Under the pieces are notes generated by a model. The model ran no database searches. It was not told where the DNA came from and worked only from the letters and a program-made list of their open reading frames with translations. Positions 37,135 through 49,200 of a DNA stretch of 64,000 nucleotides are shown here, one piece after another. Location of the stretch: positions 41,035,828-41,099,827 of the forward strand of contig NC_068982.1 in assembly GCF_001194135.2 (NCBI RefSeq), given 5' to 3'. How positions within the stretch are numbered: the stretch's first letter is position 1; every line of letters begins with the position of its first letter. This DNA is from Octopus bimaculoides. Lineage: Eukaryota. A program made the position numbers and the translations under genes.

Positions 37135-38050
37135 CAGGGTGCATAACATATCTGAGGACAGATTTATGTTCATAAAAAAACAGCTATATAATAACAGATA
37201 ATAACTTTATCAAAAAATGCTGTGAGAATAAAAATGAACCTTCTTTTCTAGAATGTTATTCAATAAAGCCACGTTCAGCTTCAACAGCTGCTCCTATATG
37301 AGATCAAAGTTATCTACATGCTCAAATCAAGTGGTCCTGGTTCATTTTAGACATTACTCTATGGCAGCTTTCAAAGAATCTTTGGTGCTGTGGGTGTGTT
37401 CATTGACTTCTCTCTCAACAACGCTCCACATAGAATAGTCCAATGGATTGAGATCAGGAGAATTAGGAGGCCAAATGTTAGGGGTTATGTGATCGTGAAA
37501 ATTTTCAGCCATCCATTCTTGTGTTAATACAGCCATCTGTTATAGTGCAGAGTCTTACTGAAACACATATGGCCTTCCATTGCATACACTGTCTATCCAG
37601 AGCTTAACAATTATTTCCAGAACCTCAACGTAGGCAACAGAGTTAACTCTAAAGCCTTGTGGAAAGAAGTAAGGAGGCATCCCATGTCCTTCATTGCTGA
37701 CAACTCCTAAAACCATGACAGTTACAGGATATTTTGTATGCATAGCACTTGGAACTTCAGAAGGGTCTGCACATAACCATCTGCCATTTCTTCTGTTAAT
37801 TTTTTGATATTGGTCAAAGTTTTAATCATTTGAGAAAAACCAAATCAAATCTTCTGCTGCTAGATTTTTCAGTTTGTTTAAGAGCTTTTAGATCTAATGT
37901 AGTGATTTTCTTTCGCGTTTTATGACAAATTGACCTTTCCTTATCTGAACGAAAATAAATAAACTGTGTCCAGGCTCAATAACAGGAGCCCAAGTTATTG
38001 GCTGCACTGATATGGTTTATGTGTGTGTTGGCAGAAATTAAATCCACTTA
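37135..38050 (-). mobile_element. Tc1/mariner-superfamily transposase relic
   Basis: VMVLGVVSNEG..MPPYFF, RPYVFQ*DSA and WPPNSPDLNPLDY. One end TA|CAGGGTG at 37135; the second TIR was not found, so the right boundary is approximate. Confidence 0.85.
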
Positions 38051-38745
38051 CAAATGCACATTCACTTTACTAAATTTATGCTCAAGCAAAGCCCGAACAG
38101 CCCAGGTGTCAGTCGCCACTGATATATATATATAAAGGCATATAAATATATATGCATTAATGTATCTAGATATATATTTATATTCACATATGCATACATA
38201 CCCACAAAACAATTTCTTGAATTACAACAGCATTAATATTGATTTCTTTAATGGTTTTCTTCTGCATAATGTTGATTTCTTTTGAATTATATTCATAAGA
38301 ATATTTCCTGACTTTGGCACAACATCACAGAATATAAGGGATGGGTTAGACAGCAAAATCAACTCTCACACATGACATGCCAACTGTTGTACCTATTATG
38401 ATATTGGTTTGAAGTCAAAAAAGGCATTGAGTAAACCAGCTAATATGTGACTGGTCCTTTATTTATCACCTCCAGCAGTATGTAAGATGATGTCTGCTGA
38501 CAGCAGGATTTAAAGTCAGACTGTAAAGTAATAATACTAATTACTTATAGACGTATATTTTGTCTGGCCATTGGGAAATAATACATTTCCTTGAACAGGT
38601 TTTTCACTGATGAATGGAAACAAAAGATGCCACTTGTATGACATGGGACTCATTTTTAAAACGATCTAGTCATGGTACACATACACACATGCATGTGTGA
38701 GTGTGTATTATATATATANNNNNNNNNNNNNNNNNNNNNNNNNNN

Positions 38746-38782
<37 letters not shown>

Positions 38783-41238
38783 GTGAGAGAGAGAGAGTGT
38801 GATGCAGGACCCCGAAGTTGGGATAGGCTAGAGTATGGAGTAGGAGCCAAATAATAGGCAGGAAACAGGTGTGGTATTCAAAGCTTTATAGGACATACAC
38901 ACATTTCATCAAAGTGCCAAAATAATTACATAACCAGTAGTTTTTTGCACTCATGCATTTCACCTGTGTCCCTATATATATATATCTATCTATGTATATA
39001 TTTTATATATTTATATATATATATGTCTTGGGTATGACTTTAAACTGCATGTGATAGTGCACCCTAGTTCAGGAATTCCTGGGTTGTGAGGAGTGTGGAA
39101 CTATGTTTTAGCCACTATTGTTTCCTGGTCTATTCTGTATACTCTGACCTGGAGTAGTTACACCTATCAGTGTTCTAGCTTTTGGTTAATTAGCATATGA
39201 ATAAAAACCACCATGAGTGAGGGATCTCCTAGCTGTTGTCACAACAGTCTTCTAGGAGACAGACATTCTGATGTAAAACTTGCAGTTTCACTTGGTTACT
39301 GGTCGGTCATCTCATTTTGGTTTGTTACTAAGTACTAATCACAGAGACTCAGAGTGGTACTCATGTTGTGCAAGCATTTATCACTATAAGCCAATGACAG
39401 TATATGGTGGCCTCATTTGTCATTCCATATACTGAATGTCCTATGGCAATGGAAGAGTGGTGACATGTGCAGACCTGACTCGTTGAAAGTATATAGTTAT
39501 ATAAAACAGCAGGACTGAATTTTCATCTTAGAGGTCATGGCTAGAAAACCATAAATCCATTGAAAGTGAAAGAACACAAAAAGACAGCAGTCACCGTATG
39601 ATACATACACATATGTCATCATCATTTAACATCCATTTTCTATGCTGGCATGGATTGGTAGATTTGACTGGAGCTAGTAAGGCCAGGGGCCACACCAGGC
39701 ACCATTGTCTGTTCTGGCATAGTTTCTACTGATGGATGCCCATTGTAATGCCAACCACTATATATAGTGTACTGGGTGCTTTTAACATGTCACCAGCACC
39801 AGTGACTTTTACATGGCACCAGTACTGATGTGATGTACAGATATTGTATATATTTTTTTGATAAATCCATTAACGGAAGAAGGCGCTAAAAATGTAAAAA
39901 AATATATATATAGTCATCCAACATTCTGACTACCTTGTTATTCTCAATATATATTTATATATACACACATATGATAGGCTTCCACACAGTTTCCATCTAC
40001 CATATTCACTCAGGGCTTTGATCTGCATGGGACTATTGGAGAGGACACTTGCCCAAGGTGTTATGTAGTGGGACTGAACCCAAAACCACATGGTTGGTAA
40101 ACAAACTTCCTAGTCACACAACCATACCTACATATAGGATGTTAAAATACCTTCAAGTTATTTTAATTATTTCTTTTGAGTGCTAAACCTTTATCTAATA
40201 GAAATACTTTCATGAAACTTTATTTTGGTTTCCTTTATTCTGACTAGATTGTTACCCATTGCTATGCTGCTGGTAAAAATATCTGTTAATCATGCACATA
40301 CTTTCATAAGCTGTTCAAAGTGCAAGTCTTTTTTTTTTTAATGTTTGCGTTGCATTGTCTATATATTGAAAGACTTATAAAATCACACGCGCACACACAA
40401 ATAGTCACCACCACCCCAAAAAATAACTCTATGCATTATATATATACATATAGTTTTTTTTAAAGTTTGTGTTGTGTTGTGTTTAGGATTTTGTGTCAAT
40501 TATATTTAGCAGTCTTTTGATGTTGAGGCCAACTTTCATTTGAAAAACAAAAACTTGAAAGCAATTGATCAGAAATGAAAATGTACATATTTATTTCCTT
40601 TTTAATAGAATGTAGGAGTTCATACCAAAACGCTGTTATATGATTTTGCAATGGTTATTTTCTAATATTTGAATTGATGTCTCTTTGCAGAACCTAGATT
40701 TTCTTGAGTTTTGTTTTTTTTTTACATAATTTATTAAATAAGCACCTTAAATTATACTGGCTACCTAATCAATGCAAAGTTTTAGTTGTTTTTGAGTGTC
40801 TCTTTCAGTTGCTTTAATTAGCAATTATAATTTCTCAATTAAAAAAGTTGCTCTACTACCCAAACAGTTCTCATTGAGTGAGTGTGTGTGTGTGTGTGTA
40901 TAGATAAATATACATACACACACACATACACACACGCACACACACATACACACACGCACACACACATATGTATACACACACATGTACATGTATGCAGATA
41001 TTTATAGTTATATCTGTGCATGTATATATATACATATGTATGGATATATGTTTATGTATGCATATATGTATATGTATAAATGTGTATAGATAGATAGATA
41101 TAGATAGGTATAGATAGATATAGATATGTGTATATATGTGTGTATATATATGCTTTATGTATGTGTATATATACATATGTGTATTTCTATGTATGCATAT
41201 GATATGTATGTTTGTATGTATGTGTATATATATTTGTA

Positions 41239-42012
41239 TCTTAATATAAATTTGAGTGCTGTTTCTCTGTCCGTTATGTTTTTATGTTCGTTAACTTCTA
41301 GACCGTTGGTGCTAGGACAACAAAACTTAATCCAACAACTCCCCTAATGTCAGGGAATATCCTAAGGGGAGGGGTCTATTTTTTTAAGAGCCACCTAATT
41401 GGGGCCCCACTGACACCCCTACTTTTACTGCATTTTAAACAAAATGCATGGCATTGGCAACCAAATTGGAGCAATGAGAATGAATTTCATACCATGAACT
41501 CCCAGGGATTATTGTAAGGAGATTCAATTTCTGAAGGGCCAATTAAATGGTGCTCCACTTCCCCCCCCCCCCACACACACACACTCCTATTTTTACTCCT
41601 CAGGAGCTAGCCTGAAGGGCAGCTTCAAGGCTAAAAACTTAGCTGTAAGTCAAACTAGAAACTAGCTGTATGTCTATCAGTAAAGCTGGCCGAAAGTGGT
41701 CCAAGGGTTGATACACCAACACACTGTCACAGAGATGGAATTCATGTTACGTGTTGAATGAACAAGTTAATGGGACATGGGTTTTAGGTATGGGTGTGCA
41801 TGAAATATAGGTGTTGAATGTATGGGTCTGTGAATATATGTTGGGTAGGGAGTTTGGAATGGGGTATTGGATAATTAATACCAGGAGATACATATACAAT
41901 GAATGTGTCCAAGTCCATTACATTACACTAGGGTAGAGGGCCACAAAGGTGCCAAAAGTGCCCACGGCAGAAGTTAACATGAATGCCACCCAAAGGGCAG
42001 CTTCAAGGCTAG
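41239..42012 (+). mobile_element. Non-autonomous Helitron (774 bp), a different family
   Basis: A|TCTTAATATAAATTTGAGTGCTGTTTCTCTGTCCG...GCCACCCAAAGGGCAGCTTCAAGGCTAG|T, with TC/CTAG termini and an A/T target. Confidence 0.7.
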
Positions 42013-42836
42013 TGTGATATAAATATATGTATGTGTATATATATGTATATATTTGTATAAAGAAGCACATTTTAAAACTCTAGAGCAGTAATACTTAAAA
42101 GGTGGTTGGTTATGGCCAGTTAGAGAGTGAACATCAGCTTTGCACTTATAAAGTTTTTAGTGGTATAGATGACTCAGGATACTTGTTGGCCAGGAGCATA
42201 TAGCTTCACTGCAAATGGAGGTAGGAAATTTCTTAGTCTAGAGTTTTAAGCAAAATATCCTAAAACAAAATTCTACTGTTGGACAGTACTTCTGAGCATG
42301 ACAGAGTTATATCCCTGAAATTGGTTCCAGTTGTGTCTGAAAAGGGTTAGCTAGTCGGTAAGCAGGGAATTCCATGTTTCCATCACAAATTTCCTGTGAT
42401 GAGGACAGCAACTAAAATTTTCCTTTTTTTTTTTGAGTTTAAGAAGGTCCCCAGGTCAGGTGAGATCTTTGCTTGTCCCTGTTGTACTTGTATGTATGTG
42501 TGCGTATATATGGGTGTGTGTATGTATGTATGTGTATATATATATATAGGTGTGTGTGTCCATTTAAGTTAGTTTGGGCAAAAGCCTCATAATGTGCTTT
42601 TGAAAGCTTCTATTCTTCTTTTCAGAAACCACATGTTAATTCTATCCTCCAGGATGTGGAACTCCTTTCATCTTTGGATAAATATAATAATAACACAAGG
42701 ATGGAAATTTATAGCAACATGTTTCTCTGATTACTCTCAATATTTATGTATTTGAATATTTTCTTTGCTGCAACTAAGTCTTCAAATACATAAATATTGC
42801 AAGAAATCTTAAGTAATATTATATGTACACGAAAAA

Positions 42837-43410
42837 TTGCAACCTAATGAAGGTGTACAGTGTAGAAATATATGTTGCAGTGCATTAATAAATCCTATGA
42901 ATTTCCATCCTTGTGTTAATATTATTATATACATGTATGTATATGTGTGCGTATGTGTATATATATATATTTATGTGTGTGTGTGTATGTATATGTGCGT
43001 ATGTGTATATATGTGTGTGTATATATATATGTGTGTGTTTGTATGCATGTATGTGTATATATATATATATATGTGTATATATGTGTGTGTACATGTATGT
43101 GTGTATATCTATGTATATATATGTGTGTGTGTACATGTATGTGTGTATATCTGTATGTATATGTGTGTGTCTATGTATGTATATATCTATGTATGTTTGT
43201 GTGTGTATGTATATGTGTGTATACGTATGTATATATATGTGTGTGTAAATATGTGTGTGTTTATGTATGTATGCATGTTTATATGTGTGTGTATATATAC
43301 ATATGTTCTTTTTTGTGTGTATGTGTATGGATATCTATATAGGTAGATAAATATGTACATATTTACATCTATATATGTGCATACATGTAAATCTGTATAC
43401 ACACATATAT
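42837..43410. repeat. Long compound (TG/TA/TATG)n microsatellite
   Basis: Directly visible. Similar tracts at ~40860-41238 and 23455-23600; (CT)n at 60027-60119 and 60950-61105; (GGAT)n at 59098-59135. Confidence 0.95.
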
Positions 43411-44785
43411 ATATATATATTATGTAAGTCCTTGTCAGTATTTTGCTTTTCCCCTATTGTTGTGTTGTTGTGGGTTAGATGGGGTTTTTTTTACAGTTCT
43501 GCCTACACCATGCTGGCTCTCTCAACCTTTACTGGTGGTTTTTCCAGTTGCAGCAAGTTTTTTTGCTGGGATTTCAACGTTTGAATTCTCTTCATATTAT
43601 TAACTTGTGTGATAATGTGGGCCACGTGTGCTTATCATGACATAAAATGAGAAAAAGTTTTCTCACGCTTGAGGTGAGGGTGAAGGGGTCGCTGCTGATG
43701 GTGGTGGTGGGGATCTCCACCCTATATAAACATAAAGTCTCCATAATTAAAACAAGGTGAAACAGATTAGAAGGTTTATCAAAACCCTCAGCACCAGTAA
43801 AGATCTTTACTCAGGCTCTCTGGCACTTACTGGCTTATATTAGCTTCAACGTCCATGGAAACGGAAAAAAAAAAAAAAAGATATAGATGAAACAGGCAAT
43901 ATAGAATAAATCACAGCCAGGTTTCTTCTCCGTCCCTATATCAATTTTTTTCTCGGTGAGCTAACTTTTGATATTTCATCATTTCAAGTTCTGTCTGTGA
44001 GCAGAAAAAAAACAAAAAAAAGCAAAACAAAAAAAAGACCCTAGTTGGGTATTTTTCAGCTTTGGAATAGTCAAAACTATGCATGCTCTCGCTTACTCTC
44101 ATTTTATGAAACAGCTTTGTTTTTATTATTTTGGGGTTTTTTTTTTTTTGCTTTATTTATGGGTTTTCTTGTTTATTAAGCTTTCAGTTTTATTCCTTAA
44201 TATTTATTTTTGCACCTAAATGTTTGTTTATTCACCAGAAATTTGCTACCTATTTCATTCCTACCTTATATCTAACTTTATAGAAACATTTCTATGTGCT
44301 TCCCAGTTTTAGAATAGATAACATTGTGTCCCTGTATTTCATGTTGTAAAGTGCAATTAAAAAGGTTGGCAACAGGAAAGGCATCCCGCAACGAAATACT
44401 ATCACAGAAAAATCAACCAACCCATGCCAGCATGGTAAAATGGGTTTAAAATATGGATGATGATCTTGTTTTGTAAAAGCATGTTTTCACAACTGACAAA
44501 TGCTGGAAAATAAATACAAAATAGCTTGATATGCAAATATATAGTTAGGCATTTATAAATACATACACATATACACACATCACAGCATCAATGTTTTTAA
44601 CACTGTATGTACATATTGATATACAGATGGTGATTATATTACACACACACACACATACATTGTTTTTCAGTGGTGTGTATACATTTAGTATGATTCACAG
44701 ATAGCGATTCACACATACATGCATTTATATCTTCAAGTAATATACTCTTATTCAAAATCTCGCCCCAGTTTACTAGTATCATTAA

Positions 44786-44922
44786 CCCTTTGAGCCCCGA
44801 CCTCCTGAACCTTATTTGACCATATACCAGGCACTCCACCAGTACTCTACCAGTAGAGTAGCGCTACTGTATAGAGAAAAATAAGTCATCCACTGGTAAA
44901 CCAGTGTTATGGGCTCAAAGGG
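44786..44922. mobile_element. piggyBac-type MITE (137 bp), second family
   Basis: TTAA|CCCTTTGAGCCC...GGGCTCAAAGGG|TTAA: perfect 12-bp TIR and TTAA TSD. Confidence 0.85.
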
Positions 44923-45814
44923 TTAAGCAGTGAAGCTGATCGCAAGTCTGAACCTCACAAAAGAGATGACTGGGGATTCCGTTGTAAGGTAATGTGGCTG
45001 GAGAAGACCCATCCAGTCCTTGCCCATGGGAAAACAACAGACAATGATGATGATTAAGTATCCAATTTATTTGTAGGGTAAAACAGTGAGATGGTAAGGG
45101 GGTTTTGTTGTTGTTATTTTTTTTTTTTTTTTTTTTTTTNNNNNNNNNNTTTTTTTTTTTTTTTTTTTTTTTTTACAAGTTTAGTAAATGAATTGGAATG
45201 GTTAGAAATAGAAAGTCCCATTATCAGGCTTCAGTCTAGAGATTTACACCTCTCCTCTGTTTTACTTTAGTATTTCAACTGTTCATATCAGATTCTACTT
45301 CTTTTATGTTCAAACCAGTCAGATCTGACCTCTCAGACCTACCCTCCAATGTCATTCTAAAAAAAATAAACAATCAAATCGTTGAAAACTCAAGCTTATG
45401 AGATAATGCATGATTAATCAAAACAATGTTAATAAATAAGCATTACGTTTGACTGTAACCTGTGTGTTAAGGAGTTAAACTCCCAAAGTTTTTGTTACAT
45501 TTTTCACATGAAACTTCTTTGAATATGATTTAAGTCATATTTTAAAATATTAAATGTGACAATAATCAAATTGTACCTGATACCACAAGGGGCAGTGAAA
45601 TAATCTATTATATGAGAGACAAGTCAGTTAACTGTTTGTTTTTATTCTGTATTTTGTTTTTCCTTGCAAAATACATCTTACTTTATAAAGAAATTATTCA
45701 TGTGTAATTGTAAGTTTATTTCATATGAAAACTATTAGATGCTGTCTACAATGATTTATACAATACAGTCCACCAACTTAAGAAATAGAGCATAACTGAC
45801 TAAAAGTGTATGTG

Positions 45815-45845
<31 letters not shown>

Positions 45846-46253
45846 AATATATATATACTTGGCATATGAATTATACAAGCAGATGTTTCTCTTGTCTGGT
45901 TTGCTGATCCTGGAAAAATATTCATAGCTACCTAAGTTATTTCTTTACAAAAGCAACAAGTTTATTTCCGAAATTGAAGTGTGATTCAGTAAAATGATTT
46001 TAAGTGCAGTTGTTATAGCACCTGTTAGAATAGTTGAATAGTTTTAAGCACACTTTAGCTTTAGTCTTTGACTGATTGAAGTAAGAATTTAGTGAATTAT
46101 CTAAATTGCAGCTAAAGACTATTATTACGTGTTCACCTCAACATGACATTCTCTTCCTTGCTAGTTGGCAATTTCATTTTGTTTTTTATTTTTTATCAAT
46201 TAATTAATTCCATATTATTTAATCCATATTTCCTCATTGCTGGAGCAGCTACT

Positions 46254-46284
<31 letters not shown>

Positions 46285-49200
46285 TGTGTGTGTGTTGTTT
46301 AGATCTAGTAACGTAATATAATTAATGCATTTTACTTTTATTTGTGTTGCAAATTTTAATTGAACTTAAAATTGCTCCTTTGTGCAACCTCTTTTATTAT
46401 TATTATTTTTTTTTTTTTNNNNNNNNNNTTTTTTTTTTTTTGTATTTTTACTTCATTTTCTCTCCAATTAACCCAATCAAGTCTATGTCTGTAATTGCAT
46501 TTACAATATTAGTCTTTCACTCTTTAACTGCAAAATTAAATATCATGGTTACTCCAGTAATGAGTAATGATGTTAAATATCTACCAAAAAAAATTAGAAC
46601 TGGTGCTTTCTGGAAGTCACATTGCTTCAATAAACTTGACAAAAAATAGTTTCAATATTGACATTCCTCGACAAAAACAGACTGGTATATAAAATTACTT
46701 TCAGCAGTAAAAGTATTAATACCATTTTTTTTTAATAATTTTATTTTTGAGATGTGTTTTTCTCATTTAAGAAATTCTTATTTGAATAAAGTTCTGTCAT
46801 ATAAAGTGAAAGAAAATATTATAGCAATGTTGAAGTTTATTATTATATCTTCAGACCATTTCCAAGTGGCAAAATGAATGAACAGTATATCCATAGTTCA
46901 CTATAAGTGGCAAATCTATTGATACAGGGCTTTTCAGGAATATAAACTCGTCAACTACTCCATAGAGATATCATGAGCTGCCATTCATCTTTTTTAGTTA
47001 TCAGCTATGCCTTTCACTTATTTGTTTACTTCATACAATTACTGTTTTAAAATAGCAAAATATCATTACTATTCACAAATGAACATGATTCAATCTTTAC
47101 ACCAACTTTTTTTTTTTCACCCGGTTTGATCTCATTTCAATCAACTTCATATACAATTTACCAACACGAGTAAGACTAGCTTTCATTTCCCATCAGTTAA
47201 AGCATCTGTTTCCTCTTCCGTCTAGATGTATAAGTAATCATTGTCATTGACCTAACCATTAAATACAAAAGACTTGATGTTGACGAGCCTATTTTGTTTT
47301 GCTTCAATGTTATTTTCCTCAAAAACCAGCTATGGTAGAAGTAATTGGCATGCATTATAGTGGCAGTATATTGCTGTAAGTTTATATATTTATATCTATC
47401 CATGCACACATACACACACACACACACACTTTTTGCATGTTTTTGTTGTTGTTTTTCTTTAATTTAAATTTAATTTCCAAGAGACATTGAAGAATAATAT
47501 TTCAATAAAAAAAACTTGGAAACTTTTTTTTTGTTTTTGTATCTATAGCTGAGTTAATTCAACTACTCCTGCTGTCTTTCATTATCATTTACAAATTGCT
47601 CATTATAATTATAATACTACAATTATATATTATGATTTCAATAGGGAAATCTGATCCTAATTTGGCTATGTGATTATCACTTTGAAGAGAATATCTTTTT
47701 AATATTGTATTAATTAATTTACCCACTTTTTGGATAAACAGAAGTTGACCAATTATCTCTAATAAATACAATTTTCGATGAAATAATTCAAAGATGTTTA
47801 TAACATAGCATGCTCAAGCCATCCCACACACACACAAACACACACACACTCTCTCTCTCTCTCTCCATCTTATTAGTCTACTGATAGTTAAGTAATATTT
47901 AGTCATAGGTAAATGAATATCAGGTATTGAATTTATTTCAAAACAAATAATCCCAAAGCAATATTTCTCTCCCCTCCCCCCCTCTCTCTCTATCTATCTA
48001 TCTGCATACATACACTAACACACATATACGTACACAAAAGGCTTCCGCACAGTTTCTGTCTACCAAATTCACTGATAAGGCATTAAGTAAGCTCTAGGCT
48101 ATAATAAACGACACCTGTCCAAAGTGTCATGGTTTCAAAGCAAACTTAACCAAACAGCTATTCCTGCCCTGTTGTTGTTGTTTTTGTTGTTGTTTTTCTC
48201 CCATGCTTACAGTTTTATTCATCATATTGTTTACAAACTTCTCTAAGTCTAGATTTCACCAAACTTTAGTTCTTTTATAAAAGTCATAGAGATGATGTTG
48301 CTCTTAAGTCCCATTTAGTTTGCTGTCAAAACAGGATTGACAACCTGAATGAACTACTTCTGAAACCATGTGACTATCATATGGACAGCAGAGCATTTCA
48401 GGGGGGGGGGGGAAGTGGCTTTCAAATTCATATTTGTTTTTTCAATGCTGTATTTATTTCATTGGTTTCCAAAGATATGTATTTGTTTTTACTATCACTA
48501 CAGAGCCTAAAGCTATATTTTTCAGAACTAACATAAACCAACAAATAAATTAGGAGTGTTCAGTCACTTTTAGATAAAAATTTAGCGCAAACAAAATATA
48601 ATGGCTGTCACTTTGTTAAATATTTAAATAATAATTATTTCAACAAATTATCCTGCTGTTTACTTCTTAATACTCTTTTCTTTATTTTACTTCATATTTA
48701 AACAATAAGTGAGATAATTTATTACTTTGCTCATGAACCTGTTTACATTTAATAATTGTGCTGTATTCGATATGTGGCATACATCATCATTTTAACATTC
48801 TCTTTTCCATGTTTGCATGAGTTGGACTGACTTTATTGAAACATATTTTCTAAGGGACGGGTGCCCTTCCTGTTTCCAAGCAAGTAGGGTTTCCCTAAGA
48901 CCAGACACGTTCTCACAGAACATTGGAAATTAATGACACTGCTTGTATAACAGTGGCAATCATTTTACAACTATCATATATATATATATATATATATATA
49001 TCCACACACACACACACACGTATCTGACAGACTTTTTTCAGTTTCCATCAACTAAGTTCACTCTCACAAGCATCTAGTTGGCCCAGGACTATAATAGAAG
49101 AGACTTGCCTGAGATGTCACACAGTGGGACTGAACCCAGTACCATTGTATATTAAGCAAATTTCTTACTACACAGCCATTCATTCCTGCACCTATACACT

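Noticed and set aside
38600-38645. Second hammerhead-like string ctgatga-atg-gaaac...gta
   Set aside because: Only 3 nt between the core segments, so no stem II, and stem I is only 3 bp.
40691-40720. Acceptor-like ctctttgcag|aacctag as TBC exon 2
   Set aside because: The required phase gives an immediate stop (R-T-*).
42837-43402. Long ORFs rich in VCVY/IYIH, and ORFs spanning N runs (19331, 25513, 53457, 58145 and others)
   Set aside because: Artefacts of microsatellites and assembly gaps.
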